Assembly: GCA_964035545.1 (NCBI GenBank)
Contig: CAXIUT010000037.1
Coordinates: 63,968 to 101,445 of the forward strand
Direction of reading: 5' to 3'
Source: Bugula neritina
Taxonomy: Eukaryota; Animalia; Bryozoa
DNA: 37,478 nucleotides
Each line of letters starts with the position of its first letter. Within the stretch, counting starts at the first letter, position 1. A program made the position numbers and the translations under genes. Below, one piece after another: positions 22,638 through 36,920 of this stretch. The notes under the pieces are model-generated. The model saw only the letters and a list, made by a program, of their open reading frames with translations. It searched no databases and had not been told where the DNA came from.

Positions 22638-23800
22638 ATGGAAACATCGAAATCTCATCGAATGATTGCTTCTAAAAAAAATATATAAGGTCAAGTGATA
22701 AAGGCGCCTTCAAATATTATTCCTAATTTGATTCTTTTTTGTACGAGCTACAGTTAAAAATAGGCAGACAACTATTACAATCTTGTTCATCGAAGTTCAA
22801 CTCAAAATATTTGCTTGATTTGTTTGGAAAGTACTCCTATAGATTAAATAATTTCAATGCCTAAATGTGGGCATACATTTTGTCAATAGTGTCTGCACAA
22901 TTATATGCTATATAAAATCAGGACTGGAGATAAACTTGAGTGTCCTTCTTCAAGTTGTACATAATAGATATTCAAAACAAATCCTGCTTATCATCAACTT
23001 TCTGATTGGTATAAATAACGCAATTAAAAAGTAAAAATATGGAGGCAGAATATGGAGAACGATAAAGAAAGGTTATGTACAAAATGCAAAGGAAAAGTTA
23101 ATTTTAGTGATAATAAGCCAACTTGTGATAGTTGTCGATAATAATATTGCAAAGATTGTAAACTAAAAGAGCATGGTAGCCTTTCATGCGAGTAGGCTTA
23201 TCCTAGTAACTTTTGTATATGGAAAAGATGTCCAACTTGTAGTCATTTTAATGATAAAACTGGTGAAGGAAATAAGATGAAATGTTAAAGTTGTACAACT
23301 AAGTTTTGTGCAGTTTGTAGATCAAATTGGACTGAACATCATATCCAATGTTCTCAGTAAATCGATCCTATGCTAGATCGGGTATATAGCAAGTATCTAT
23401 CTACTTATATAGATCATCCATTATGAAATGTTGTAGTTGCTGGAATATCTTTAAAGGAATCCTTTATATTATTCTATTACCTTTTATCCTAATCTTGGCT
23501 GCTTTATGTATTATTTTGGCCTTTATCATCATAGTTATTGTTGGATTTATACTAAGTCCCTGCTATTCAAGAGCTGAAGGCTATGCTCCTTGGGCGACTG
23601 TGCTTTGTTGTCCTTGTTTAGGAATATACTCAGTTGGTCATTATCTGAATCAATTTTTATGTGAGTCTATTAAAGTAGCTTATGATCACTTAGGGCGATA
23701 TTGCCTAACTATTAGAGCTTTATTTTGTTATTCAAAATCAAATGAACAGTAGTAAACAAAATCAACAAACCAATAAAGTAATGCAATTGAATATATTTGA
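22638..23800 (+). CDS. RBR (RING1-IBR-RING2) E3-ligase-like protein with C-terminal TM segment
   Basis: CLICLE...CGHTFCQEC...CPSSSC; CTKC...CDSC...YCKDC...EH...C; KRCPTC...KCESCTTKFCAVC; 20-nt intron near 23392-23411; hydrophobic tail is track ORF 23423-23752. Confidence 0.88.
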
Positions 23801-23831
23801 TGATTGTTTATATTTAAAATATTACAAAAAA

Positions 23832-24605
23832 TCATAATTTAGGCATTTATTCCCACTAGTCTACTTCAAACCTAGCAAAGGAATCAACTCTAACTGGTTA
23901 ACAATGTTTAAAACTATATTTGTTTTCGATTTTGCCTTACTTAAATGATCTACCTAGTAAGAGATTTAAAACACAGTTGTGTGAAATGATGACTACTTTC
24001 GCACTATTTCCCAAGTTAATTCGATAGTTGATATGTTTCATCATCTTTTTTCTGAATATTTGAATTCTTCTCAGAAATTGAGAATAAGACTAACCTCTGC
24101 CTTCTGATAATAATTGAAGGAATATTTAATTTACTGGCATTTTTCTATTACTAATCTAGTTTAATTATTGTTCAGAGCAGTTTAGAAAATACTGAAACCA
24201 TGCTTCTCCCATTTTGTCCATAAATTTAAAATCAAATTAAGGGTATTCTGCTTTTAGTTGAGAAGTCGTTGTTCCTAATGACCAAGCAGAACTTAATCGA
24301 CTACATAGAAGAGGGTCAACTAATACTGGTAGTCCTCCCATAAGTTTGGAACATTACCGAGCTGTAGATAAGCATCTTCTAAGAGGTGAGCAGATGATCA
24401 AATCTGTTTCACTGAAGTGCCATTGAATTGAATCAACGTTTGATAGCATTTAGATTTCTGGGTCAAGAAGATTGGGATTTAGCCTAAACTGTTTATAGAT
24501 CTATGTCTATTTGTAGTCAGGATTTGATTGTTTTTGTTTGAATTTCTTTTTTTCTACGTTATGAAAACTTTCTGCATGGCGCATAAAAAATAGCTGGTCT
24601 GACAT
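23832..24605 (-). CDS. Histidine phosphatase / phosphoglycerate mutase-like protein, 257 aa
   Basis: LFFMRHAESFHN, IICSPLRRCLST, GESY...RR, VVIISH; intronless. Confidence 0.85.
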
Positions 24606-24682
24606 CAGAGTAAATAATATAATCAAAATAGATTGAGTTAATGATTTTAAATTTATATCCACGTTGTTAATTAATTAAATTG

Positions 24683-26374
24683 ATGGAAGGATAACCTCAA
24701 CCTAAAATCGAGTAAGAACAGAAAAACACTCATTAAAGTAATCCACTGATAAGTTAGAACCTCATAAAAAAGGAGGAGAGCGTTAAAAAAAGCAAAGACC
24801 ATAACGTAAGCAATAATACTAGTTCAATGCTGAGTTGATTGATGAAAATACTGTGATTCCACCTCTTCCAAAGAAGGCTGAAATAATTCCTAAGCCTGAT
24901 ATCAAAGTTTACAAAGAGAAATAAAAGAAAAATAACCTTAGAATTGAAGATATCATTCAAAAGAAGGTACTTTATCCTTTAAATACAGAAAGACATTAGA
25001 GCTTAGAAGTTCAAATTCAACAGAAAAGTACAAGGATAAGGAGATAATAAGCATTCGTCCTTTCAAAATGAAATTGGAGAGGTTCAACAATTAAGAGATA
25101 AACTTGCCTAAGTGAAAGTTGAAAGAAATAAATTGGGAGATGATCTTCATCACAATATCACCAAAGCTAAGGCAAATGTAATATCCATTTAATTGAGAAT
25201 TAAAAATTAAAACAGTACAGAACTGCTCTCAAAGGAAGTCGATAAAATTTTTCATAAAGATTAAGAGAGCTAGAGCATATTCAGATGACTAAACAGTTAA
25301 ATAAAAATTAAGAAAAAGATATTAACAATGAAATAATGATTCTTAACAGAAAAATTAAGGAAGCAGAAAGTTCAGGAAACATTGAAATAAAACTTGAACA
25401 GGCTGAAGACCTTAAGGATGAGCTAGATTAAATCATTGATAACATTAAAAAGCAAAAGTATCCTATTGATAAATAGTATGATGCTATCAAAGAAGAACTT
25501 GAAAAGAAAAATGACTATATCAATGGAATTAAATCAGTAAAATAATTATTATTTAGGAATTAAAAGCAGAAAAAACATAAAAGACTGAAGAGAAAGATCG
25601 TCATGATAAAGAGTATGACAATTGGAAAGATGCTAAAACTAAACGCTTAGATAAATTATAAGCTTAAATCGTTAAGATAAGAGAAGATAATAATAAACTT
25701 TGGATGAGTTTCATGATAAACAAGATAACTATTGAAACAAAAGCAATTAATTGATTGTATTTATTGGCAAAATAGAGTAAAGGATCGAAAGATTCGTGAT
25801 ATTGAAAGAGAAAGAAAAGAATCGAGTATGAAGCAAGAGATAAGCTTAGAGAAAAAGAAGAACAACTTAAAAAGTATATGGGGTAGATTTAACTTATCAA
25901 CTATTGATAACTTATCTAGTCAATCTCAATCTGATACAAAAGTTGAATAATAAAAGAAAGAAGTTAAAGTTAACCCAACTGAGATCAGTGCTAAACTAGC
26001 TGGAGATGCTCAATGGAAAAAATAAAAGGACTTGAAGTTATTGCCTCTAAAAAGTCTAAGAAGAAGAAGAGCCTTAAAAAAATATAAAAAGAAAAATAAG
26101 AAAAAAGAAGAACAAAAAACAGAATAAAAAAAATTCGTTATACCGTTTAGTGTTCAAACATGTTTTAAAATATTAAACTGTTAGCTCCCACTTCTGCCTA
26201 GTAAATCGATGCTAAGATCAAAGAACTCAAGATCAGTGAAGCTTTATTCCAAAGGTTGCACTAGTAGGAGGAAATGAAGAAGAAACAAAACTTGCTGAAG
26301 AAATCAAAGTAGAAAAGCAAAGAAAAGACAATATAGGCCAAAAAAGAGTAGGAAGACGATTTCCTACTATCTGA
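24683..26374 (+). CDS. Long coiled-coil protein, Bfr1/PPI1-like
   Basis: IPPLPK...IIPKPDIKVYKEKE; several ~20-nt introns; C-terminal APTSAEEIDAKIKEL...DDFPTI; needs single-base corrections near 25025 and 26363. Confidence 0.55.
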
Positions 26375-26442
26375 TCATCATTAAGAATATTAAAATATTA
26401 TATCATTGATTATTAAATATCTTTTCTTTTATATACATGAAA

Positions 26443-26526
26443 GGGGGTTGGGTTGGGTTGGGGGTTGGGGTTGGGGTGGGGTTGGGGTGGGGTTGGGTGT
26501 TGGGTTGGGGTTGGGTTGGGGTTGGG
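26443..26526 (+). repeat. Internal telomere tract, imperfect (GGGGTT)n
   Basis: G4T2 units mixed with G3T2, G4T1 and other variants. Confidence 0.92.
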
Positions 26527-27235
26527 CTTCAAAATAAAGAAATTTGGGCTTTATGTTAGTTTAAATAGATTTAGATGAAGGAAAGTATAACTAAGATTGG
26601 AGATTAATCTTTAAGATTCTCCCAAAAGTAGAAACCTAATAGATCTGGTTGGGTATTGTAAATGTAATATAGAGGACAATCATAAGCCTAATATCCTAAA
26701 AGATCTAACTCAAACTTCTTTTGTAAACATGCAGTTTCTATGTTTATGTACATTTGATTGGAAACAGCAAGAAACAATATAGTTTCAATTGAGGCTATTA
26801 TTTTTCTTAAAGCTTAATTATTAGAATAACTTAATTTCGGTAATTTTAATCTTAAAAAAAGATAGCAATAATATTATGTTTATAAGTTCCTTGAGAAAAA
26901 GTCATTTTCCAAAATTAGACTACATTTCAATTGGTATTTTTAAGATAATTCAGCTGATAATCGAGTCAAAGATATTGAAAAACTGACTTAACTGAAAGCT
27001 AGTTTAACTAGACTTGATTTTTAATAGTAAAAAAGTCATAAAATAGTGAAGACTCTCCTGTAATAGGATATCCATTATCATGGATTTGCAAAATGGAAAG
27101 TAAATTACTTTCTAGATTATGTAAATATAAAATTTCTCAGATATTGAATCAAATAAAAGAATATAAGTGAATAATATGACAGAAATGATTCGTAGCAAAT
27201 ATGAGGACATTGAAATATATTAAATTGATAGATGA
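26527..27235 (+). CDS. LRR-like protein fragment, 5'-truncated and noisy
   Basis: Segments such as SHFPKLDYISI-ADNRVKDIEKLTELKASLTRLDF; begins at the telomere junction; frame needs introns or indels. Confidence 0.4.
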
Positions 27236-27429
27236 CCTAAATAAATTTTATGACTCTAAATATCATTAATTTAATTTTTAAAAATAAAGTCACTATTTAT
27301 TTTAGTATAAAGGAAATATATTTTATTGAAAATTGAAACTATTAAAACTCAGATTAAATAACTTAAATTTGTATTTTGTCTTCTATAGTAGAATTTAAGA
27401 TAATAGTAATAAATATTCTTTTATAACTT

Positions 27430-28046
27430 ATGGAACCAGATTCAGTCAAAGTCGTTATTGTTGGAGATGGTGCTGTGGGAAAAACTTCAATGCTTCTGAG
27501 GTAAAAATTAGATAAAGTAGTTACTCTTAAAATAAAATTCCACGAGACTATGAGCCAACCATTTTTGAAAAACAAGATTATTAATGTCAAAATAGATGAT
27601 AAAGTTATAAATCTTGGACTATGGTATTTATTGTTATTATATAGGGATACAGCTGGACAATAGTAATTTGCTAAGTTGCGTCCTCTTGCATATAAAAATG
27701 TAGATATATTTCTCATTGTTTTTTCAATTGATGATCGAAATTCTTTAACAAATGCTTTTAAAAAGGTAGTTTTAAAAATATTTAGTGGTACCCAGAAGTT
27801 CATTCTGTCAACCCAAGAGCTGTTATTTCAATTGTAGGAAATAAAATTGATCTAAGAAATAGAGCAATAAATGACAAGTATTTAATATAAGGAAATTAAG
27901 TTATAGAATAGATTAAAAAAAATGAATTTTAAATGTATTTATAATTAGTGTAGCGCACTAACTCAACAAGGTCTAGCTCAAGTTTTTCAAAAACAATTAG
28001 AAAATGGAGGCAAATAAAACCATAAGTTTGCTGTAATCTTATCTGA
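27430..28046 (+). CDS. Rho/Rac family small GTPase
   Basis: VKVVIVGDGAVGKTS, YEPTIFEN, WDTAGQEEFAKLRPLAY, VGNKIDLR, YNECSALTQQGL, CaaX CNLI; ~20-nt introns; apparent 1-nt indels near 27570 and 27990. Confidence 0.92.
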
Positions 28047-28130
28047 TAAGTTTTTATTTATTATGTTTCAATAAATAAAAAGATAATTTTTTAACATCTA
28101 TGTTTCAGTTAAATTTTTTATTGGTCACTA

Positions 28131-29321
28131 TCAACTATCATTCAATCTATCTAGAGCTAAATTTAGCCAGAAAAGGCATGCTTTTTAGATTATTTCATCT
28201 TTGAAGTTATACCTAGGATTATGTAGAAAGACTTCTTCTTCTTTTACTTTTGTACAAAGAAAAAAAAAGCTCCAGGACATTTTTAGGTATAACATCCGAA
28301 ATCTTCACTAGCTCGAAAAGGCAAAGTCCCAGCACTAACTTTATCTTAGCCAAATAATGCTTTTGCTACTCTGATTACATTATCAGATTATTTCTTTGAA
28401 TTATCATTTTTATTTTGACTTTTTAATTCACATTCAACTTTAAATCCTTCTTTTTATATTTATGAGAGAAGTTCCCTTATTTTAGTGAAAATCAAATCTC
28501 TTGTTTCATCATCAAAGGATCTAAGAGATCCTTCAATAACTGCACTTTCACTGATAACATTAAATCTTTACCCAGCTTGAAAGATAGGTAAAGTACATGC
28601 GAAATTTCTATTTTACTATTTTAGCTGCTTTAAATAGTCCTGAAATTTTGTATAAAATTCCATAGCTTTCCAAATAGCGACTTTTAAGTTTTAAGGAGCA
28701 CTTCCATGGCCTCCTTCTCCAATTATTTTTATCTGAATAACATTCATTCGACTCATTACAGCTCCTTCTTTGCACCATATATCTCCTAATTTACCTACAG
28801 GCCAATTATGAAAGCCATAAACTTAATTTACTTGTTCAAGACATCCCAATTTTGACCATTGTATTAGCTCCATATTAAGGTCCTTCTTCAGAAGGTTGAA
28901 ATAGAAGTCTCACTTTTTTATTATTTGGAATTTTATCTAATTCTTTTAAAAGGAGAGGAACAAAACCAATAAGGCAAGCCATATGTCCATCGTGTCCACA
29001 CATATGAGCAGCACCTACATTTTTAGAAATATAAGGGAGATCTTCATTGAGTTCACACATTGCAAGAGCATCCATATCTGCTCGAAAAGCAACACAGAAA
29101 TTTTATCCCTTAGGTTCAGCTTTTCCTTTGATATCGACAATTAATCCGGTAGGTTATTTGCCTTCTTTGCCAACTTATCTTATTGAATTTTCTGAGACTC
29201 CGAATGAAAGAAGCATATTTTTAAGTCTCTTATGAGTTTAGAATTCTTGAAAAGATATTTCAGGATATTGATGAAGTTATCTTCTGAAAGAAATTATTTT
29301 GTTGAGAAGATCAGCTTCCAT
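28131..29321 (-). CDS. M20D-family amidohydrolase
   Basis: RRELHQYPEISFQE, FRADMDAL, HMCGHDGH, FQPSEEG, GFHNWP, GEGGHGS, SEDFG, LHNPRYNF; no intron seen; apparent indels near 28850 and 28260. Confidence 0.9.
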
Positions 29322-29434
29322 ATCAATTTTGATCACTAAAAATTATTTATAATATTAAATGGATTAGAAAAATGTCGTTTCTTCATTACTTAAATGATAA
29401 ATTATTAAGTAGTAATGGATCATTTAAATTGTTA

Positions 29435-32400
29435 TCAATGATTTTCTTCTTTAGTTTTTCCGGATTACCTATATAGTTTAGCAAAAATAGAGTTTTATTT
29501 TTTCAATAGTTTATCTGGAGTATCAAATTAAGCTATTTGTCCTTTATCAAGCACAAGGATTCTATCAGATTCAACAACTGTGTTTATTCTATGAGCAATA
29601 GTTAAAACTGTTTTCTTAGCAAATACTTTTTTTATTACTTTTTGAATTTTAGAGTCAGTTTAGATGTCAATGCTTGCTGTTGCCTCATCAACTAAGACTA
29701 TTTGTTTAGGATTTATCAGTGATCTTGCTATATTTAAAAGTTGCTTTTCTCCTGCACTTAAATTATCTCCCCCTTCAGTCACAGGACTATTGAGTCCGTC
29801 AGCTGCTTAAAACTGTTACCATATTCCACATAAAGTTAAAGCTTTTATGACTTAATCATCAGAATAGCAGTTTGTAGGGTCAACATTTTATCTAACTGTG
29901 CTGTAAACATGAAATGATCTTGAAGAATGATATTGATATTAGATCTAAGTTCTTACAGGCCTATCGATGCAATGTCTATTCCATCAATAATAATTCTGCC
30001 TGAAAAAGCTTAAAGAATTCTTAAGATACCTAACATCAAAGAACTTTTTCCGCTTCCAGTACGGCCTACTATCCCTATCTTTTACCCAGCTCGAATAGTA
30101 AAATTTAGTCTTTTGAGAACATCATCTAGATCAGGCTTATATCTTAGAGAATAATGAATAAAAATAAGTTATCCTTTAGGAAAAATATTGTTTTTAAAGT
30201 TTATCTTTTAAAAAGATTTATCTTATTTCCAATTTTGATTTAAAAATTGAGAAAATCCTTTTTAAGTTTAAAGAATAGTTAGTTGTTCACATTTTCCTAG
30301 AGATTATATTCTGGGTGCAAAAGCAGCAAGACTGAGATGCAATCTCATTAGACTATCTTAAAGGGCAAAATAGTTAAAAATAACAAAGATGGCATATTAT
30401 TTAAATCCCTTATCAAAGAAAGTTAAAGTAAGAATATTAGATACTGCAAGTAAATTTGTAGCAATTAAAAGTATTAGTTTGACTCTGGCATCAACAGTAT
30501 GACAAATAAAGGCTGACATTGAGAATTGATTCATTTTTATCCAAAAGTTGTTTATTATTTCTTTTATTTTTTTATATGCTCTAATTGTTGGTAATCCATC
30601 TAACATCTCACTGTATTTACTATTAATTGGAACTATTAGTTCACTTTTATAATTTGTTGGTTTAAATGCTAAGGCTAAAAATTATATAAAAAAGTAAAGG
30701 GTAACTAATGCAGCAATTATGAAAAAAATCATATAGAAGAAGTTTTTAAAAAGGATGTAAACATAAAATATACCAAAGAGATGTGAGAGAAATATTTGTG
30801 CATTAGTTAGTAAGAAGACAAATTAAGTAGTAATGATTTTGTCATTGATGCTGAGATCATTCGATAGTCTGTTTATTATTTTTTAAGAAGGCACTTTTTA
30901 AAAATAACTTAAAGGAGAAAAGAGTAAACTTTTAGTCATATCATCATGTATGGTTTGGAATAGTTTAGATACATGAAGAAAGAGTGCTAGTAACAGTGTA
31001 AGAATTACTTTAATTCCATTGAGCATCAATTGAATATATATATATTTGCTGCTAGCTGCAGAGGTGCTCAAAGCCCATTTATTAAAGTTGATCAAAGTAT
31101 TTGCTGTTACTGCACCTAAAATAATTAAAAATAATATAATTATTGATAAGAAAATACATCCTCCGTTTCTTCTTATGTAGACTTTAAATGAATCTAAAGG
31201 ACTTATTTCTTCTTCTATATATTAGACTGGTTTGATTATGTGTTATTCTTTTCTCTTAAATTAAATTGGATTCGATAATAATGTTTTATATTAACGACTT
31301 TATCTGAGTTTAGATGATTCTATTTTATTAAGAAGAGGAACATTTTTCATTGTATTATAATTTCCTTAAGCTTTTATTTTACCATCTTCAAAAAGCATGA
31401 TTCGATTCGCATAAGCGACATAATAAAGAGAATGAGTGATTAAGATAATTGTTTTCCCTTTCAAGTATTTTCTGATAGCCATAGAAAATAAAAAAGCACC
31501 AACATGAGCATCAACTGCACTCAAAATATCATCAAGAATATAGATATCTGCATTAGAATAAAGAGCTCTAGCAAAAGAAACTCTTGCCTTTTGTCCTCCT
31601 GAAAGAGTTGACCCACGTCTACCTATCATTTCTAAGTCTTTATTTGAAAAAAGTTAAGATCAGTTTCAAGAGAAGCATATTTAATTACATCAGAATATCT
31701 TTTAGTATTATATTCATTGCCAAAGAGAATGTTATTTCTAATTGTATCGTTCATAATCCAAGGAACTTGACTGGCATAAGCTATAGATCCATTAATTCTA
31801 AGTTAAGAATTACCTTATTTACTCATTTATCCTAAAAGACAATTGACTAATGATGTTTTTCCTGCTCCAAATCCACCAATAAGAGCTATTAGTTCACCTT
31901 TTTATATTTTTAGATTGATATTTTTGAGGTGTAAATAATTATTTTACATTAACATATCATTATTGTTGTTAATTTAAGCTGTTTACCAGTGAAAATTACC
32001 ATCCTTTACTTAAATAGAGCTATTTGAAAAGTTATTATCAGAATAGGTAATATGTGAGAAATCCATTTATTTTTATTTGAAAAAATTCTAAATATTTTTG
32101 AGTGAAACTTGAATCATGTCTAAATAAGCAAGGGCATTGAGAACCATTTGAATGCTAATGACTACCATACATAGAGTTACTGTTAGAACTGTTTCCTGAT
32201 CAATCTATTTCCCTTAAATTATTATTAATTTTATCATCAAAACTAAAATCAAAGGTTTTGAAACCATGACTATTATATTTTGAACTATTTATAAAAATAA
32301 TTTGGTTTTAAGGTAAACTATCTATGCTATTCGAAGCTATCTTAGTTTATTGAAATAGCATGCTTCTAATGCATTAGCTTTGATAAATTTTATTATATTA

Positions 32401-33284
32401 AAGACTTAAATAGTTGTTTTTACTCTTTAGCGAGTGCATTAATTTAGTGATTATTCTATTTTTGTAATCACATTTTTAAAACAAAGTCTAATCATAACAT
32501 TGGATGTAAGTAAAAGAATTCCTACTAGTCCTGGAATACCTGAAACATATATGATACTTGCTGATAAAAGTAGAAATCCTATGGTATTTTCCATAATAAG
32601 AGAAATTTTGTTGGATAGAGAAGGAGTATAGCGCAATCTGAGTCCATCATTTTCGACATTTCAGTTATAGATATATTTTTGTTGGAAAGAGGTGAGCATT
32701 TGAATGTTTTTTTAACTATTGCATTCGATATAAGTCTATACATCTTTAAACCCACCTTATTTTGTAAAATTTAGCCATAATAGCAACAAATTATTCGAAA
32801 TAATCTGGTTATTAAAAGTAATCCAATTAATGCGATGCTGGAAAAATTGTGAACCTAGTTTTCAGCAATTTTTTTGAACAAATAATAGAGGATAATGGGA
32901 GTCAGATTGTTACAGGTGCTTCCAAATATAGAAAGGAAAAAAGAAAATATGACTTATTCTGTATAAATATATATTTACTTCTAAAAACTTTGAAAATAGA
33001 ATGTTCTAAAGGATTTTTTATTTATTCTTTGACATTTTCTTAAAATTATTATATCCATTTATCATAGATTTATTCTTATTCTTCAAGAATATGTTAGAAA
33101 TCTTATGGTTTATTTTGATTGTAAATAAATTACTTTTTTTGTTATTTGATGTTGTACATTGAATACTAAATAATAAAAAATAAACCTTTATTTAACTATT
33201 GGATAGACAGGTTGTTCCCATGCAACTTTGTTACTTTAGAATATCGTAAGTACAATATTAATCCTTCGTAGGCTGCTAAAACAT
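29435..33284 (-). CDS. ABCC/MRP-type full ABC transporter (TMD-NBD-TMD-NBD)
   Basis: Walker [31 protein letters not shown]; NBD2 [35 protein letters not shown]; two 20-nt introns near the 5' end; apparent 1-nt deletions near 32607, 31655 and 29901. Confidence 0.93.
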
Positions 33285-33568
33285 TGATTTTCGATTGTAT
33301 AATCTTAATATAAATAGAATATTATGAAGATATTTTATAGTGACAATATAAACAATATTAGTTAAAATAAATATGATAATTCTATAGTTAAGAGTTTATC
33401 AATATTTCAATAATTTTATTCTTTATTTCATATTTAATATATCATCTGAATTAGAATTTAGGTAAAAATCATTTCAAGATCATTTAGTTTAAAGAATTTA
33501 TTAATTTAAATATAGTTGAATATATTTAAGATTTATGTTTTAATATTTAGAATTATATCATATAATCA

Positions 33569-35432
33569 ATGTCTTGCGGTCAAAAAGTGCGGTTGTTCTA
33601 CTTAGATTCGTCCAATAAGTGGAATCATTATCTCTATGGCTATCTTACTCTATCCATCCAGGATGTCCTTTCATATCTAAATGTACTATCTATCTTCATT
33701 CAGATAAGATTAAAATAAAAAATAGCATAAAATCTTTTGTATATCATCCCCAACATTCATCTTTTCTCCAAAGATAGCAACACAATCTCAATCGATATTG
33801 ATAACATCTCTAAGATGTAAAAATTGGGTATTGATTCATTTATTCAGGAGATAATGTGATAGCTATTTAGCTGGAGGAGTGGAATCGGATATTAGCTATT
33901 AGTTTTAGAAATGAAGAGTATTGTTAGATGGTGGAAGAGCAAGTGGAATTACAACTTGGGGAAAAAAGTAAACTTCCTTGTAAGGAAGAAGAACTTGTCC
34001 AGTATGTTGGATAGCAAGTCAACTATTATTTATTTAGATGGAAAACATACCTTTGTTCGTTGATGTCTTTTTTAATAATGAAGTAGTCCTTTCAGCTTTT
34101 GCTCAGCAATCTCAGTCATTTCAGAAGGAATAAGGCAGAAAAGTGATGTTTAAGGCAATAAAATGGCTTTTGTTGAGGGGAGATAAAAATATTTTGAGGA
34201 TGATGTTGAAGTAAAGTTGTTATAACAACATTCTTTTGTGTCTATCATGTATCAATATCAATAAGTAGACAACCACTAGTTTGGAGATAGAACCATTTTT
34301 TATCCTGAATAATACAAAAAAGCAGCTATTTGTTCTAATGTACTTGAAATTGATGATATTCTTGTTAGAGAAAAGTATTCTTAAATAATTAGAATAAGAT
34401 TCTTAACGAATGTGGTTATTTCTATGTTTATCTAGCCTATCATTGAGGCTGTTTTCAATGAAGTAATCATTGTTTTAAATAGATGATAAGTGAAAATTCT
34501 TTGACAGTTATCAAATATATAGGTGAAAAAAGTCACTATTTTTAAAAAATGAATCTTTTTGCATAGAAAAATCCTTCTAAGTTTATTGAACTTTTTTCAT
34601 AAGTATGGGAAATGTTTAAATCTGTAGCTGTATTAAATGTATTATTTAGGATGATATCAATAGTAGTGTAATTAAAAAAACTTTAAGACAGAATTTTATT
34701 ATTGAAGGTACTTTGAGAACAAGTTTAAAGACAATAAAGTCATTATGTGAATTAGGTCAGGGAAATGGTCGTATATTTCAGTTATTTTTGTAAGGTTTGA
34801 ATCCTTTCTTAAGCTATAATTGGATTTAATCTCAAGCTTTACTTTTAAATTTGAAGTAATCATAAAATTAAAGTGATTTACTTGAGATATTGATTCTAAT
34901 TTTATCAGTGGGAGACTATAATAGTAAGGTATTAGTCCTTCTTTTCGCTAAAAATTTAATATAAATAACTGAAAACAGACCAACAATGAAACAATCATTT
35001 TTAAATTATTACTACAATTCTTTTGTATTCAAGATTATTTCTTATTTCAAAACTACTGAGGAATTATAAATTTTGATAGACTATATAATTAAAATATATA
35101 AAATGGACATCCTTAGAACAAGAAGAGCTATAATTGAGGGATAATTATTTTAAAAACTTTAGAATAAGATTGGTAATAAATATATTCTAATGTTGGTATT
35201 AAAATTTTTAAGGTCATTATTGTAATCTAAAAATGAAGGCATTTTTGAATATTTGAAAAGGCATGAGTTATTCAAAGATGTACGTAACAAATATTTCGAA
35301 ACAAAGAAATATAGTCCGAATGGAGTACTTTATTCATTATTTTTGGGTTTGATACAAGATGTCAAGAAAAGTAGTAATATAGCTGGTGTGTAGTACGTTT
35401 ATAAAATTCTTATAGGATAAGAAATTAAATGA
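33569..35432 (+). CDS. Divergent PP4 regulatory subunit 3 (SMEK/Psy2)-like protein
   Basis: KVRLFYLDSSNKW (EVH1-like start), ILAISFRNEEYC, KAIKWLLLRGDKNILRMMLKE...LLCLSYNH, EKYSEIIRIRFLTNVVI; multiple 19-20 nt introns. Confidence 0.65.
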
Positions 35433-35503
35433 TGATATATATCTATTAATAAATATTTATTGAATACTATAAATCCATAGAATATAATAGTTAAATCTGT
35501 TAA

Positions 35504-36841
35504 ATGTAGTAATTAAATTATCCTTTCTTGCAGAGAGATCATCATGAAAATAAATAGTAGTATCATCAAGATAGAAATTATCAAGAAAAAAATGTAGTCA
35601 ATGATTATTATTCTTTCAATCAATGTCGTAACTATGCTGGAACTAATGGTTTTAATTCGGAATCAGTTAATACTTATAGAAGCGATAATAGAAATAATTA
35701 GTTGATAAATAAATATTCTTCTTTGAATAAACAGCTTAATTAGGTAAGAGGGGAGGAACTTAAAATTCTTTTGCTTTAAGAAATTTAATAAAACTAACAA
35801 AAATCAAAATTAAACCATGATTTAACATTTCAGTTAGAAATATTAAAGTAAGAACATCATATATTATAAAAATCTTTAGAGAATAAACGTTAAACTATTC
35901 GAACTTTGTGCGAAACATAAACTCGTAATTTAAATCTGATTGAATACCTTTAACGGAAAGCAAAGAAGACTAAAAATAAAGAGTATTACTATGATAAATA
36001 TCAATAGCTAGAGAGATATTTGTCATAATATATTTTAAGCAATAAATAAGCTCAATAAGGATTTATTGCTAAAATATGTTCTTTAAAGATAGAAAAATAA
36101 AAACTTGAATTAGATAATAACAGAGTAAGACATGAACTTTTCAAGATAGATAAATAGGTTAAGACACTAGGTTATATAGAAAGAGGAAAAAATGTATAAA
36201 TAATAGATGAATATAAACAAAATTAAAGAGATCTTGTTCATAAAATAACTCTACTAGAAGAAGAAAATTATTTATTAAAGAAAGATGTTGAAACTTTAAT
36301 AGAAAGTATAAAAAATTACTAACAATTTGAAATCGATATAAATAGAGATAACAAAGAAATATCAAGTTCTTTATAATTTTTACGATAAAAAATTAATACA
36401 ACATTTAGTGATAAAATAGATAAAGGTCATAAGTATAGTACTGAAGAAAATTCATTAGAGCTGAGAGATAAAATCTATAGGTTAGAATAATAAAAGTAAA
36501 AATAAAGGCTTTAACACCAATCATTGATACAAGACTATCAACAACTATGTGTTAAAGTTGAGACACTGTAAAATAAAAATAAAATGCTATTATCTTAAAT
36601 AGAGTAAAGAAATGGATAAATAAAGATCTTTAAGATGGAAATAGATATACTGAAAAGATCGACAAAGCTTTCTCGTAATTAAAGTGGGCTTTTTGGAGAG
36701 AAATCTCAATTTGATAGTTTAGATCAGAGTGGTAGTAAAATTAGACGATCTTTGATAACTGATAGTAATGAATAAAAAAAAATTAATACTTGGAAAGTCT
36801 ATCAATCTGAATCTAAAGATATAAATCATCTTTAAAAATGA
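35504..36841 (+). CDS. Hypothetical coiled-coil protein
   Basis: E/K-rich heptads under TAR=Glu; at least one frame break near 35920; ends at TGA 36839-36841. Confidence 0.55.
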
Positions 36842-36920
36842 TATGTATATTTCTTAATATTCAATATGATAACTTTTATCATTAATATTTAGTTTTAAAT
36901 ATATTTGATTTGATATTTTA

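Noticed and set aside
32638-32657. 20-nt GTC...CAG intron that would fix the ABCC frame
   Set aside because: It would delete the conserved-looking EMSKMMDSD segment and is less AT-rich than true introns; a missing A near 32607 is simpler
29435-33284. ABCC transporter as a pseudogene or Euplotes-type programmed frameshift
   Set aside because: Breaks are single homopolymer indels without the AAA-stop motif, catalytic motifs are intact, and neighbouring genes show the same noise
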